Source: Oscillospiraceae bacterium (GTDB taxonomy: Bacteria > Bacillota > Clostridia > TANB77 > CAG-508). From it: 32,000 nucleotides of DNA. Numbering within the stretch: position 1 is the stretch's first letter; each line of letters starts with the position of its first letter. The position numbers were made by a program, and so were the translations under genes. Of the stretch, positions 10,047 through 20,164 are shown piece after piece. The stretch lies in NCBI GenBank assembly GCA_009778695.1, contig WRFS01000021.1, positions 1 to 32,000 of the forward strand, in the 5' to 3' direction. The notes below the pieces were generated by a model. The model was not told where the DNA came from. It saw nothing but the letters and a program-made list of their open reading frames with translations, and made no database searches.

Positions 10047-11919
10047 ATGAACATAAGACAAAATAAGGGGATAACTTTAATTGCATTAATAATAACGGTA
10101 ATTGTAATGTTAATATTAGCAGGAGTATCGATAGGTAGCATAAACAGTGGATTATTTGACAAGACAAAGCAAGCAGTGGGGATGTATAATAATTCAGTAG
10201 ATGCAGAAGGCGACGCAATAAATCAGTCGACAGATATATTGGAAAGTTTTATGAATGGTGGTAGTGGGACGGCTCAAAATGGAGCAGAGCAAAATGAAGA
10301 ATTCGATATATCCAATGGAGTAAATAAACCTGAACTAACAGCAGGAATGATACCAATTTATTACGATGGAACAAACTGGAAAATAGCGGATGAAACAAAC
10401 AAAAATAATCAATGGTATGATTATAGTACAACAGCAAAGCAATATGCCAATATATGTACGGTATCAGATGCAGTAAATAATGATCCAACAAAAGCATACA
10501 GAACAGCCGCCGCAGGAACAGTAATACCAGTAACAGATATGACAACGATGTTTGTATGGATACCAAGATATGCATACAGCATAAATGCAGGAGGATACAG
10601 AACATATAACAGCGATTCTGAATTACAAACGAATACAAATCCAGATAAAAAAATAAATATAACATTTTTAGTAGGAACAACAGATACAGATAAAGATGGT
10701 ATAACCTATCCAACGGATTATGATGCAGATAGTATAGCAGTGGGACAAGCTACACCAATGATAGTACATCCAGGATTCACATTTGGAACTGAAGAACTAG
10801 CAGGAATATGGATAGGAAAATTTGAAGTAAGTGGAACAGACCCATCAGGGCAATATTATGTGGGTAATAGTAATGGTGTAACAGATGAACCACAGTATAC
10901 ACCAGATACAAGCACCTATGTGCAAGTATTACCAAATGCGATAGATTGGAAATATGCTACTGCAGGAGAGTATGAATATCAAGCAATGAAAATGGGAACA
11001 AACAGCCAATATTATGGCTGGAACAATGTGAATACTCATTTAATAAAAAATAGTGAATGGGGAGTGGCAGCATATTTATGCTATAGTCAATATGGGCAAG
11101 TACCTGAAGTAAATTCAGCAGGAAAGCGAAGTGGTTCAGGGATTAATTATGATCAATGGACAGGAGCAGGACCACAAGCACCAGAAAATTACACAACGTA
11201 CGCAACAACACCAAATGCAGACCAACAATATAATGGGAAGTATGGGGTGTTAGCAAGTACAACAGGGAACGTATACGGAATATACGATATGAGTGGAGGC
11301 GAAAATGAAATAGTAGCAGGATACCTAGATAATAAAAATAGTGGTTTGAGTAAATATGGAAACAGTACAAGTGATCCAAGTGTTGTGTATTTTGAAAATA
11401 ATGAATTGAAACCAGAGTATGCGGCATATTGGGATAAGTATACAGTATCTCCAGAAGAGAAAGATGGGGCAACAAGTGCAAGTATAAATACTACGTCAGA
11501 TGGACCTAAAACACAAGCTCAATTAGATCCATGGCCAGCAACAGCGGCAGCGTATGCATGGAACGACGTCAGAAAAAAATTAGCAGATGAAGGTTTTGAT
11601 GAAATGAAAGCAAATAAAGGGATAGGAACATATGAAACGACAGACGACACAAATATTAATTTTTATGGAATAGGGAAATGTAGTGATAATTCATATAAGT
11701 ATTGGTGGTATTTAACATTAGATGCTGCAAGTAAGGACATTGAAGGAGATAGCAATAATTGGAATGGTGATGGAGTTCAGTGGGGAGGATTACAATTTTC
11801 TTTTATGGCGAGAGGTCGGGGATTACTGTGGTTGGGAATGGTCTGGAATTCTTAATTACGAGACTTCCGATGGTTCTTCGCAGCACGATACTTCTAGCCG
11901 AGTTACACTTATATTATAA
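10047..11919 (+). CDS. Pilin-signal protein with a large SUMF1/FGE-like C-terminal domain (needs a +1 shift at CGG 11817)
   Basis: N-terminus MNIRQNKGITLIALIITVIVMLILAG is a prepilin-type hydrophobic signal without Glu+5. The C-terminal part has NSEWGVAAYL and ARG[G]DY...SSRVTLIL, resembling the FGE-sulfatase fold end. Pieces 10047-11855 and 11722-11919 join at CGG 11817-11819. Confidence 0.6.
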
Positions 11920-11928
11920 AGATATTAT

Positions 11929-11952
11929 AAAGAAACAATTTATTGTTTCTTT
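11929..11952. terminator. Possible bidirectional hairpin between convergent genes
   Basis: AAAGAAACAA-ttta-TTGTTTCTTT followed by ATTTTTGG. The stem is AT-rich and overlaps the spoVAEB stop. Confidence 0.3.
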
Positions 11953-12327
11953 ATTTTTGGTTTTGCCAATAAAGCTGCTAAGTATCCAAAAAAAATTGCA
12001 GCGGTAATGCCTCCGTGCAGCGGCTTTTATACCACCTGTAAAAGCACCCATAAATCCAGCACTTTGTACTTCGTCTATTGCTCCTTTTGCCAAAAGGCTA
12101 CCAAATCCAGTTAATGGGACAGTGGCACCAGTTCCAGCAAAATCAATTAGTTTAGGATACAACCCTACTGCACCTAGTATTACACCAGTGGTAACAAATA
12201 TTACTAGTATTCTTGCGGGTGTAAGTTTGGTTTTATCAATTAATATTTGTCCTATAATGCAAATTAGGCCGCCTATTATGAAGGCTTTTAATATCATTAT
12301 CCAATTAATAGTATTTATGAAATTCAT
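11940..12327 (-). CDS. spoVAEB: Stage V sporulation protein AE (SpoVAEB-type membrane protein); needs a +1 shift at CGG (C at 12015)
   Basis: IIGGLICIIGQILID...LTPARI...DFAGTGATVPLTGFG. After the shift the C-terminus reads AA[G]GITAAIFFGYLAALLAKPKIKKQ*, paralleling B. subtilis SpoVAEB ...SAGISAAIIFGFLAALIFKPKG. Confidence 0.8.
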
Positions 12328-12353
12328 TTTGAAAATCTCCTCTCAATAGCTCG

Positions 12354-13359
12354 CTATACTTCTATGGACACTGCATGTGCTATTCCGAGTATGTTTTCGC
12401 CTTGTGATACAGAGGTTGTGTTTGTTAATGCACCTGTGCCAATTAAAAGAATTTTTTGATATTTTTTTTGTTTCATCATTTTAAACAAATATCCAGAAAA
12501 GACTGTGGCAATGCAAGCACATCCTGAGCCGCCAGAGTGAGTATCCTGTTTCTCTTTATCAAAAATTAAAACTCCACAATCATTATAGTTTGAGTTAATG
12601 TTGTATCCTTTTGGTTGAATTAATTCTTTTACAATGTCTTTTCCAATATGCCCTAAATCTCCTGTAATAATTAAATCATAGTAACTTGGAGCTCTGCCAG
12701 TATCTTTAAAATGTGTAATCATTGTATCTATTACAGCTGGTGCCATTGCGGCTCCCATATTATTTGCATCTTTTATTCCCATGTCTATCATTTTCCCAGG
12801 AGTTATGTTTGTTATAAAAGGACCGCATTCCGGATGAAGATAAAATGGCGGCACCGCTGCCGGTTACTGTCCACTGAGCACTCGGTGGTCGTTGGGTTCC
12901 AAGCTCCAGTGGGAATCTAAATTGTTTTTCCGCACTACAAAAATGGCTTGAAGTAGCACAAAGAATGTTTCTAGCAACACCAGATGAAGTGAATATAGAA
13001 CCTAAACATAGTCCTTCAACAAAAGTTGAACAGGCTCCAAATATTCCAAAGAGTGGGATGTTTGTTTCTTTCAATCCAAGAAAAGAAGTAATACATTGAT
13101 TTATTAAATCACCTGCAAAAACATATTCAATATCATTTTGAGAAATATTTGATTTACTTATAACTGTATTTACTGCTTCTTTCATTAATTTGCTTTCTGC
13201 TTTTTCCCAAGTTTTTTCACCCCAGAATTCATCCTCTAAACACAAATCGAAGTATTCTGCTAATGGGCCCTGAGCTTCTTTTGGACCAACTATGCTTGAA
13301 ACTTCTAATATGGTTGAAGGATTATCGAATGTAATTGTTTGTGAACCTAGTTTTTTCAT
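12354..13359 (-). CDS. spoVAD: Stage V sporulation protein AD (thiolase-fold); needs a +1 shift at CGG (C at 12825)
   Basis: SSHFCSAEKQFRFPLELGTQRPPSAQWTVTGSGAAIL then MG/GPFITNITPGKMIDMGIKDANNMGAAMAPA, matching SpoVAD throughout. Pieces 12760-13359 and 12354-12854 join at ATG CGG TCC. Confidence 0.85.
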
Positions 13360-13408
13360 AGTATGCTTTCCTTTCTTTCTATTCTATTTAATTTTCGTTG
13401 TGGGTTGT

Positions 13409-13570
13409 TTAATAGTTTAGCTTAAAACTTCCGCTACCTTAAGTATAGTATAGCTTTTAAAAAGGCTCCTCCAAGTCAAGGGGTAATCCGTATGCCTCAA
13501 AGGGCTGTCGTTCACCTTTTTAAAAGCTATACTATACTTAAGGTAGCTACTTTGCTAAAAACTATTAACT
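13409..13570 (+). repeat. Long-stem palindromic element, copy B (stem 13435-13465/13515-13545, core variant 2), between spoVAC and spoVAD
   Basis: Perfect 31-bp arms taccttaagtatagtatagcttttaaaaagg and their reverse complement. Core is CTCCTCCAAGTCAAGGGGTAATCCGTATGCCTCAAAGGGCTGTCGTTCA. Outer flanks are TTAATAGTTTAGCTTAAAACTTCCGC and GCTACTTTGCTAAAAACTATTAA. Confidence 0.85.
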
Positions 13571-13598
13571 ATTACCATATACTACACCTCACACGGAA

Positions 13599-14039
13599 TT
13601 AAAATATCAAATACAGTAAGCCAACGACTACTGATGTACTGATTCCGTACACAAGCACAGGACCTGCAATTGTGAACATTTTCGCTCCAATACCCATAAC
13701 TTGTCCATCAGATTTATATTCCATAGCAGGGGCAACGATAGAATTAGCAAAGCCTGTGATTGGTACAAGAGAGCCTGCTCCTGCAAATTTTCCTATTTTA
13801 TTAAATATATTAAATGCACTTAAAAGTATCGCTATAACAATTAGTTCAACAGAAACAGCTGTATTGCAGATTGTTTCAGTTAATCCAATATTTTTAAAGT
13901 AATAAAAAGATAATTGCCCAATTGCACAAATAAGTCCACCTACCCAAAATGCATTTATGCAGTTTTTTAATATAGGAGAATTTGGGGTTTTGGTATCAAC
14001 ATAATTTTGGTAATCTTGTTTTGTTTTAATATCTTCCAT
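13599..14039 (-). CDS. spoVAC: Stage V sporulation protein AC
   Basis: Four-TM protein with GGLICAIGQ and GAGSLVPITGFANS motifs typical of SpoVAC. First gene of the minus-strand spoVA cluster. Confidence 0.85.
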   Translation of the reverse strand: MEDIKTKQDYQNYVDTKTPNSPILKNCINAFWVGGLICAIGQLSFYYFKNIGLTETICNTAVSVELIVIAILLSAFNIFNKIGKFAGAGSLVPITGFANSIVAPAMEYKSDGQVMGIGAKMFTIAGPVLVYGISTSVVVGLLYLIF

Positions 14040-14204
14040 CGCATGCTTACCTCCGCACTAACAATATCTTTTCCTGAAAAATTAAAATTTATTCAAAAAA
14101 GTTTTTAAACACGTAATTGTTAGGGCAATCATTTGCTATTACACTTAAATATTACAAAAATATTACAATGATGTTACATTTAAGTTACATTGAAGCAAAA
14201 TGTA

Positions 14205-14232
14205 TTGACTTTAAAGCGTAAAATCATATAAA
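14205..14232 (+). promoter_or_regulatory. Candidate sigma-A-type promoter of the pilus operon
   Basis: TTGACT (14205-14210), 16-nt spacer, TATAAA (14227-14232). About 175 nt upstream of the pilM start. Confidence 0.3.
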
Positions 14233-14407
14233 ATTAATTTAAGTTTTTAAAATATAAAAAATATAAGTATTTTTTAAACAAAAAATGCGGAAAATATAAT
14301 AAGTGAGTTTCATGTAATAAGTGTAAAAGGTTCTTTAAAAATCCTCATAGCTTGTTACTGAAGCAGAGCCAAAGAGTGGTTTCGCATAGTAATCAAAGGA
14401 GAAAGAA

Positions 14408-16063
14408 ATGGCTAGTTGTTTAGGCATATGCGTAAAAAATAATATAATTCAATATGCAAAAATTTCTAGAGAACATGAAGAAACTACAGTAGATGTGTTT
14501 GGCATAAAAATATCTGACAGCTTAGAAACTTCAATAGAAGAAATAATTACAGAAACACAAAGCCAAAACGCTAATATTTGTTTGAACTTAAATGGTGAAA
14601 TATATAATTATTTTTCAATATTTAGTATGTTGAAAAAGAAAGATTTAGCCAGCTTATTAAGTTCAGAATTTGAGATGTTATGCGAAGAGAAGAAAATAAA
14701 TTTTAATTTATTTGACTCAAGATATATTTTATCTCATGATTATATTAATAAAGATAAATCTAATGTAATATATATATCTGTTGACAAAACAAATGCAATA
14801 ACTCAAATTCAAAAGTTACAAAAATATAAAATAACTAACTTAACGCCTTTGCCAGTTGCAATTTCTAATTTAGTAAAAAATGAAACAGAAAATGTTTCGA
14901 TTATAAATATTGAAGACAATACTACTATTACTACAATTTCAAATAATGAAATTGTAAATATAGATGTTATAGAAAATGGAATGAAGCAAATACTACAAAA
15001 GATAAATGCAAAAGAAAACGACTTAAAAAAAGCATATGAAATATGTAAAAATACAACAATATATACGATGGAAACGAGTGAAACCAGCTTAGTTGAAAAT
15101 GCTTATTTGGAAGATATAATGCCAGAACTATATGAAATTGTATTGCAAATTAAAGAAAAGCTTGAAAGCCAAGTTATTGGCGTGCAAAAAGTATATATTA
15201 CAGGCAGTGGTTCGGTAATTAATAATATTGATTTATATTTTCAAGAATATTTAACAAAATTTAAATGTGAAATTTTAGTACCATATTTTATAGATAGAAA
15301 ATCTAAAAAAATAAATGTTAGAGATTATCTACAAGTTAACTCGGCTATAGCACTTGGTATGCAAGGATTAGGCGATGGTTTTCAAGAAGCTAATTTTAAA
15401 AATGACTATATGAAAGGAAGCTTCTCCTTTAAATCAGTTGGGTTAAAGATGAGTTCAGATATAAGTGCTGAAACATTTAGTGATTTTTTTAAAGGCTTAA
15501 AAGATAGTATAAGCTTTGGTAAAGTGGGTAACCTTAATAATCCATTAGGTAAAGCTGATTATGGTTTAATAAAGTTTGCAGTAGGATTATTAACTTTTAT
15601 TATAATATTTATAGTTATAAGTGTAACATTGGAGGGGCAACTTAAAAGCAAGACTTCAGACGTAGATGCAGTTATTTCGGATACTAATCAGAAAATATCA
15701 GAATTAGGAACAAATATAGACAAAGTAAATTCTAAAAAGACAGATTATACAAGCAGAATAAGCAGATTACAAGACATTAATGCAGCACTTGTGGAAGAAT
15801 ATAAATATAAAAACGCTATTCCAAATTTGTTGAATCAAATTATGGCATCAATACCTAGCGATGTTAAATTAACATTAATACAAAACGATTCTGCCAACCA
15901 TATAGTTATTAATGCAGAGTCTAACAAATATGAATCTCTTGGATACTTTGTGGCGGTATTAAAGCTTAACGGAATATTAACAAACGTAACAACGAATGTT
16001 GGAGATAATAGACAAAATGATACTTCTGTGGTAAAAATCACAATAGGGGGAGATTTGCCATGA
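14408..16063 (+). CDS. pilM: Type IV pilus assembly protein, PilM (actin-like ATPase) fused to a PilN-like TM/coiled-coil module
   Basis: The N-terminal ~330 aa have a PilM/FtsA-like layout (YITGSGSVINNID). A TM segment (LIKFAVGLLTFIIIFIVISV) and a coiled-coil follow. First gene of the operon with pilB/T/C. Confidence 0.6.
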   Translation: MASCLGICVKNNIIQYAKISREHEETTVDVFGIKISDSLETSIEEIITETQSQNANICLNLNGEIYNYFSIFSMLKKKDLASLLSSEFEMLCEEKKINFNLFDSRYILSHDYINKDKSNVIYISVDKTNAITQIQKLQKYKITNLTPLPVAISNLVKNETENVSIINIEDNTTITTISNNEIVNIDVIENGMKQILQKINAKENDLKKAYEICKNTTIYTMETSETSLVENAYLEDIMPELYEIVLQIKEKLESQVIGVQKVYITGSGSVINNIDLYFQEYLTKFKCEILVPYFIDRKSKKINVRDYLQVNSAIALGMQGLGDGFQEANFKNDYMKGSFSFKSVGLKMSSDISAETFSDFFKGLKDSISFGKVGNLNNPLGKADYGLIKFAVGLLTFIIIFIVISVTLEGQLKSKTSDVDAVISDTNQKISELGTNIDKVNSKKTDYTSRISRLQDINAALVEEYKYKNAIPNLLNQIMASIPSDVKLTLIQNDSANHIVINAESNKYESLGYFVAVLKLNGILTNVTTNVGDNRQNDTSVVKITIGGDLP

Positions 16064-16698
16064 TAAAAAGAATTTTAATAGTAATAATAATATTATTACT
16101 TGCATTTGTAACATTTACTCTTTTAAAAAATGGAATGACTGTATTGGGATATAGTGTTTATAGTATACCTCAAATACAGCAAACGAGTAAAGATTTAGAT
16201 GATAAAATAGAGCAAAGCAATGAATTAAATAAAGTTACTTTTCAAAGTAAAAATGATGAACTAAGCAAGGCATTAACAGATTTAGTGACGGAAGAAAAAA
16301 ATTATCAAGATGCATTAAATCAAAGCACAAAAGATCAAATAAATAAAGCAAACACAGCTCAAACATATGAAATGGAATTTTTGTGGACTAAAATAGGAAA
16401 TTATGCAACTAGCAATAAAATAACACTAACAATGGATGTTACAACAGGAGCTGCTTCAGATGTGAAAAACTTAAATTTTACAGTTAGAGGTTCGTATAGG
16501 GGAATAACAAATTTTGTATCTAATTTAGAAAATGATCCCAAATTAGTAGGGTTTAAGATTGAAGGCTTTAATTTAGCACCAGATACAGTAGCAGTTGCAG
16601 CCACAGATACAAGTAATGGAACAGATGCAAATTCAACCACACCTAGTGTAGGTTTAGTTGGAACATTTACAATAAAAGGTATTAGTATTAACATTTAG
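16060..16698 (+). CDS. PilO-like pilus assembly protein (single N-terminal TM plus coiled-coil)
   Basis: ATGA start/stop overlap with pilM. TM segment ILIVIIILLLAFVTFTLL followed by a coiled-coil and a beta-rich C-terminus. Assignment rests on position in the operon. Confidence 0.45.
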   Translation: MIKRILIVIIILLLAFVTFTLLKNGMTVLGYSVYSIPQIQQTSKDLDDKIEQSNELNKVTFQSKNDELSKALTDLVTEEKNYQDALNQSTKDQINKANTAQTYEMEFLWTKIGNYATSNKITLTMDVTTGAASDVKNLNFTVRGSYRGITNFVSNLENDPKLVGFKIEGFNLAPDTVAVAATDTSNGTDANSTTPSVGLVGTFTIKGISINI

Positions 16699-16710
16699 AA
16701 GAAAGAAGGG

Positions 16711-17091
16711 ATGGACTTGGTAAAATCAATATTTAAAAATATAATTATGTTAGCATTGTTAATAATAGTTATATTGCTAATATTTGGTATATTTTTTTAC
16801 GGTGTGCTACCAAGCAATAAGATTGTACCAGAAAAAGTGCAATATGCGTTACCAGACACATTACAACAGGAATTAAATACAACATTAGAAGATAATCAAC
16901 AGAATGTGTTGGTAACATATGTTGTTAAAGATAGTGATATAAACAAATATCAGGCTACAAATGACTATCAGCCAGGGAAAATAGACCCATTTGCGGATAA
17001 TTCTGGTGGAGCTAGTACAACTAGTACAACCAATACAACAGCGGGAAGTACAACAAGTAACGTAACAGTAGATAGTAATGCACAAAAATAA
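16711..17091 (+). CDS. Small membrane protein with a Thr/Ser-rich tail (pilus-operon accessory, function unknown)
   Basis: One TM segment (MLALLIIVILLIFGIFFYGVL) and RBS GAAAGAAGGG upstream. No recognisable motif. Confidence 0.4.
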   Translation: MDLVKSIFKNIIMLALLIIVILLIFGIFFYGVLPSNKIVPEKVQYALPDTLQQELNTTLEDNQQNVLVTYVVKDSDINKYQATNDYQPGKIDPFADNSGGASTTSTTNTTAGSTTSNVTVDSNAQK

Positions 17092-17197
17092 ATTGTATGG
17101 GTGGATTTTCGTATCCACTTAATATACAAAATAATTTTAATTTAGGTAATATTTATTTATTAAATATACAAAATAAAAACAAAGGAGGGTATATTAA

Positions 17198-17416
17198 ATG
17201 AAAGGTCAAAGAGGTATAACATTAATAGCATTAATTATTACAGTAATAGTGTTGTTAATATTAGCAGGTGTTGCTATAACGCAATTACAACCTGGTGGAA
17301 TATTTGATAGAACCACAAATGCTGTAAATCAATATGATGCGGCTGCAAATAATGAAGCTACTCAAATTAACGACTTAACAAATATAATGGATAATTATAT
17401 GCCAAATAATTTGTAA
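17198..17416 (+). CDS. Small pilin-like protein (72 aa), probable major pilin of the locus
   Basis: MKGQRGITLIALIITVIVLLILAGVAI has the same signal type as 10047. Strong RBS AAAGGAGGG. Confidence 0.65.
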   Translation: MKGQRGITLIALIITVIVLLILAGVAITQLQPGGIFDRTTNAVNQYDAAANNEATQINDLTNIMDNYMPNNL

Positions 17417-17489
17417 GAATATCAATTAATTAATATTAGTTAAATGAAGGGTGTCCTTAAATTTATAAGGACGTTCAGTGAATGTCCAT

Positions 17490-17515
17490 GGGCGAACGAT
17501 GTTCGCCCCTACATT
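17490..17515 (+). repeat. REP-like GC-rich hairpin (GGGCGAAC-gat-GTTCGCCC + CTACATT)
   Basis: 8-bp GC-rich stem in AT-rich intergenic DNA. Same 3' tail (CYTACATT) as 28317-28345. Confidence 0.45.
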
Positions 17516-17617
17516 CTTTGTATCATTATGGGTACAGAACACTTCCTTCTTTTGATAATATTAATGTGTGCAAATTCTGAAAAATATGTACACATTAGTG
17601 TTATGGAGTAACAAGAT

Positions 17618-17935
17618 ATGCAAATGATAATTATGATGGCAATATATTTTATATTAGCTTTCACCATAGGAACTTTAATAGGTAGTTTTTTAACATTAGC
17701 TATTCATAGAATACCGCTAAAGCAAGACATATTAATTAAACGTTCATATTGCCCAAAGTGTGAACATAGGCTAGAATTCCTTGACTTAATTCCTGTATGG
17801 AGTTATATATTTCTTAAAGGCAAATGTAGGTATTGCGGAAACAAAATAAGACCAAGGTATTTAATAATAGAAGTTATTTCTGGCATTGTATTTTTGGCAA
17901 TTGGAATATTGTATGCAAAATACAGAATATTGTAG
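17618..17935 (+). CDS. Prepilin peptidase, N-terminal DiS_P_DiS (Cys-rich) domain only; the A24 aspartyl-peptidase domain is absent
   Basis: CPKCEHRL...CRYCGNKIRPRYLIIEVISG matches the N-terminal domain of PilD/ComC. The ORF ends at TAG 17933-17935, and the next gene starts at 17978. Confidence 0.6.
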   Translation: MQMIIMMAIYFILAFTIGTLIGSFLTLAIHRIPLKQDILIKRSYCPKCEHRLEFLDLIPVWSYIFLKGKCRYCGNKIRPRYLIIEVISGIVFLAIGILYAKYRIL

Positions 17936-17953
17936 GGGTTCATGATTGAACCC
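17929..17953 (-). repeat. REP-like hairpin: on the + strand ATTGTAG + GGGTTCA-tgat-TGAACCC, equivalent on the - strand to hairpin + CTACAAT
   Basis: 7-bp stem. The GTAG tetranucleotide (17932-17935) contains the peptidase stop codon. Confidence 0.45.
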
Positions 17954-17977
17954 TAGGCACTACGAGGGGGCAGAGAT

Positions 17978-18418
17978 ATGTTTAAAAACAAATTAAGACA
18001 AAATAATGGTGTCATAGAGATGGACATAATTATTGCAATGATTATAGTAGTTATATTTATAACAATGATATCTATGATAACTATTAATGTATATTCTTCT
18101 TTGGTTTCTACACAAAAAGCAGCAGTTTGCACAGATTATGCCGTAAAAATATTTGAAAATGCAGAATTATTACCATATGATGATGAAAGATTAAAAGCAG
18201 GTACATATACCAAAGATTATGGACAAGCAGATAATGAAATTTTAGGTATAATAATAGATACAAACTATAAAGTAGAGTTAAACATAACAGACTATAATAA
18301 AATACCAGGAAATGAAGACAAACAAGATTTAATAAAAAAATTAGATTTACGAGTATATTATAAAGAAAATAATTTAGAAAAAAACATAGATATTCAAACG
18401 TTGAAAATAAATAAATAA
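17978..18418 (+). CDS. Minor pilin-like or pseudopilin-like protein (146 aa)
   Basis: The N-terminus ...NNGVIEMDIIIAMIIVVIFITMISM resembles a prepilin leader plus hydrophobic helix. Lies within the pilus operon. Confidence 0.4.
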   Translation: MFKNKLRQNNGVIEMDIIIAMIIVVIFITMISMITINVYSSLVSTQKAAVCTDYAVKIFENAELLPYDDERLKAGTYTKDYGQADNEILGIIIDTNYKVELNITDYNKIPGNEDKQDLIKKLDLRVYYKENNLEKNIDIQTLKINK

Positions 18419-18436
18419 TGGGGGGAATTCACATAA

Positions 18437-20065
18437 ATGGAAACAAATAGAACAGTGCCAATAGGAATTGAATTAGTAAAAAAAGGTGTTATAACTGAAG
18501 ACGATATTCAACTTGCAGTAAAATATCAAAAAGAACATCCCCACAGAAAGATAGGAGATATCTTACACATATTAAAGGTCTGCGATTCAGACACTTTGTT
18601 AAAAGCAATAGGGGATATTCTTGGCGAAAAAACCATATTATTAACATCAAGAGATATTCAAGTAGACTTTTTAGATTATGTATCTTTAGATATTGCAAAA
18701 AAGAATAAGTGTATACCATTTGAAATAGTTGGTGGTAAAATTAAAGTATGTTTTGCAGATGGAATTAATAAAGGTGCTATTGAATCAATAAGATTGATGT
18801 TGCTAAACAAAGGTTTAGTAATGGAAAAATATATTACATTTGAAAGTTTAATTGATGAAATATTAGGTTCATATGAGCATGTAAGTGATGAAAATATTAA
18901 TTTAAATAAAGACATTATATCGTTAGTTGATACTGTAATAAGAAGTGCAATGTCTAAAAGAGCAAGCGACATACACTTTGAACCTTTAGCAGAAGGTGTG
19001 CAGGTAAGGTTTAGAGTAGATGGTGAATTATTAGTAATAACGACAATACCGCCAGATAAAAAAGATCAATTAATTGGTAGACTAAAGGCAATTTCTAATA
19101 TGCATCTTGAAAAGCAAGAATCACAAGAAGGAAGAATTAATCTTTATGATGATTATAATATTCGTGTTTCTTCTCAAAAAAATGTGTTTGGGGAGAAAAT
19201 TGTTTTAAGGTTGTTAAAGAAAAATAGTGATATTCAAGATGTATTTGATTTAGGATTTCCAAGAGATCCAGCGTTGGTAAAAAGGGCATTTGAAAAAAGT
19301 AACAGCGTTACAATAGTTGCGGCACCTACAGGAGAAGGAAAAACAACAACATTATATAGTATAATAAAATACTTAAATAGACCAGAAATAAATGTTACAA
19401 CAATAGAAGATCCAGTAGAAATTACCATACCAGGCTTAAATCAAATAGAAATAGATAATAAGATAACTTTTTCAGGTTCGCTAAGAACAGTATTAAGGCA
19501 AGATCCAGATATAATTCTTGTAGGAGAAATAAGAGATACTGAAACGGCTGAAATAGCGATGCAAGCTGGACAAACAGGACATTATGTATTATCTACAATA
19601 CACACAATAGATTCAATAGAGGCAATAACCAGATTAAGAAAACTAGGTATCTCAAACTACGATATTGCGAGCACCATAGCAACTTTAATTTCACAAAGAT
19701 TAGTAAGACGCGTATGCCCAAAATGCTCAGAAGAAAGAGATTTTACAAAAGAAGAAAAAGAAATTATTTCTAAAATAGCAGCAGAAAACAATATAGAAAT
19801 TGACTTAAAAGACAAAAAAACATACACAGCAAAAGGTTGCGAATACTGTAACAATACAGGAGCATATGGACGTATAGCTTGCTTTGAAGTATTAGTTGTT
19901 AATACGGAAATACGTGAAGCAATAGCAAATAATATCTCAAGTATTGAAATTAAAAAAATAGCTGAAAAATATGATTACAAACCAATAATAGTAGATGCAT
20001 TAAGAAAAGTTGTAGATGGAATTATAACATTAGAAGAAGTAAATAAGAAGCTTAAGATATATTAA
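18437..20065 (+). CDS. pilB: Type IV pilus assembly ATPase PilB (GspE family)
   Basis: Walker A AAPTGEGKTTT, Walker B ILVGEIRD, His box STIHT, C-terminal tetracysteine CPKC...CEYC, and an N-terminal GspE_N-like domain. Confidence 0.9.
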   Translation: METNRTVPIGIELVKKGVITEDDIQLAVKYQKEHPHRKIGDILHILKVCDSDTLLKAIGDILGEKTILLTSRDIQVDFLDYVSLDIAKKNKCIPFEIVGGKIKVCFADGINKGAIESIRLMLLNKGLVMEKYITFESLIDEILGSYEHVSDENINLNKDIISLVDTVIRSAMSKRASDIHFEPLAEGVQVRFRVDGELLVITTIPPDKKDQLIGRLKAISNMHLEKQESQEGRINLYDDYNIRVSSQKNVFGEKIVLRLLKKNSDIQDVFDLGFPRDPALVKRAFEKSNSVTIVAAPTGEGKTTTLYSIIKYLNRPEINVTTIEDPVEITIPGLNQIEIDNKITFSGSLRTVLRQDPDIILVGEIRDTETAEIAMQAGQTGHYVLSTIHTIDSIEAITRLRKLGISNYDIASTIATLISQRLVRRVCPKCSEERDFTKEEKEIISKIAAENNIEIDLKDKKTYTAKGCEYCNNTGAYGRIACFEVLVVNTEIREAIANNISSIEIKKIAEKYDYKPIIVDALRKVVDGIITLEEVNKKLKIY

Positions 20066-20164
20066 TGAAGATTAAAACACATACGGTAGCGTTATGGGAT
20101 ATTCCTTAGCATCGTAGTGTGTCAGTATGGGAAGGATTGTCCCATACCATTAGAGGAGGAAATA

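Noticed and set aside
12840-12910. Strikingly GC-rich patch inside spoVAD (ggcggcaccgctgccggttactgtccactgagcactcggtggtcgttggg), which looked like a foreign insertion similar to the one in priA
   Set aside because: On the minus strand it encodes the conserved SpoVAD segment PLELGTQRPPSAQWTVTGSGAA. It is ordinary coding sequence, and only the single CGG at 12825 is anomalous.
17933-17977. Stop-codon read-through or reassignment to extend the prepilin peptidase past TAG 17933
   Set aside because: Downstream frames hit further stops (TAG at 17954). The next 40 nt are a hairpin plus the RBS of the following gene, and nothing resembling an A24 peptidase domain is encoded. TAA, TAG and TGA all terminate well-supported genes elsewhere in the window.
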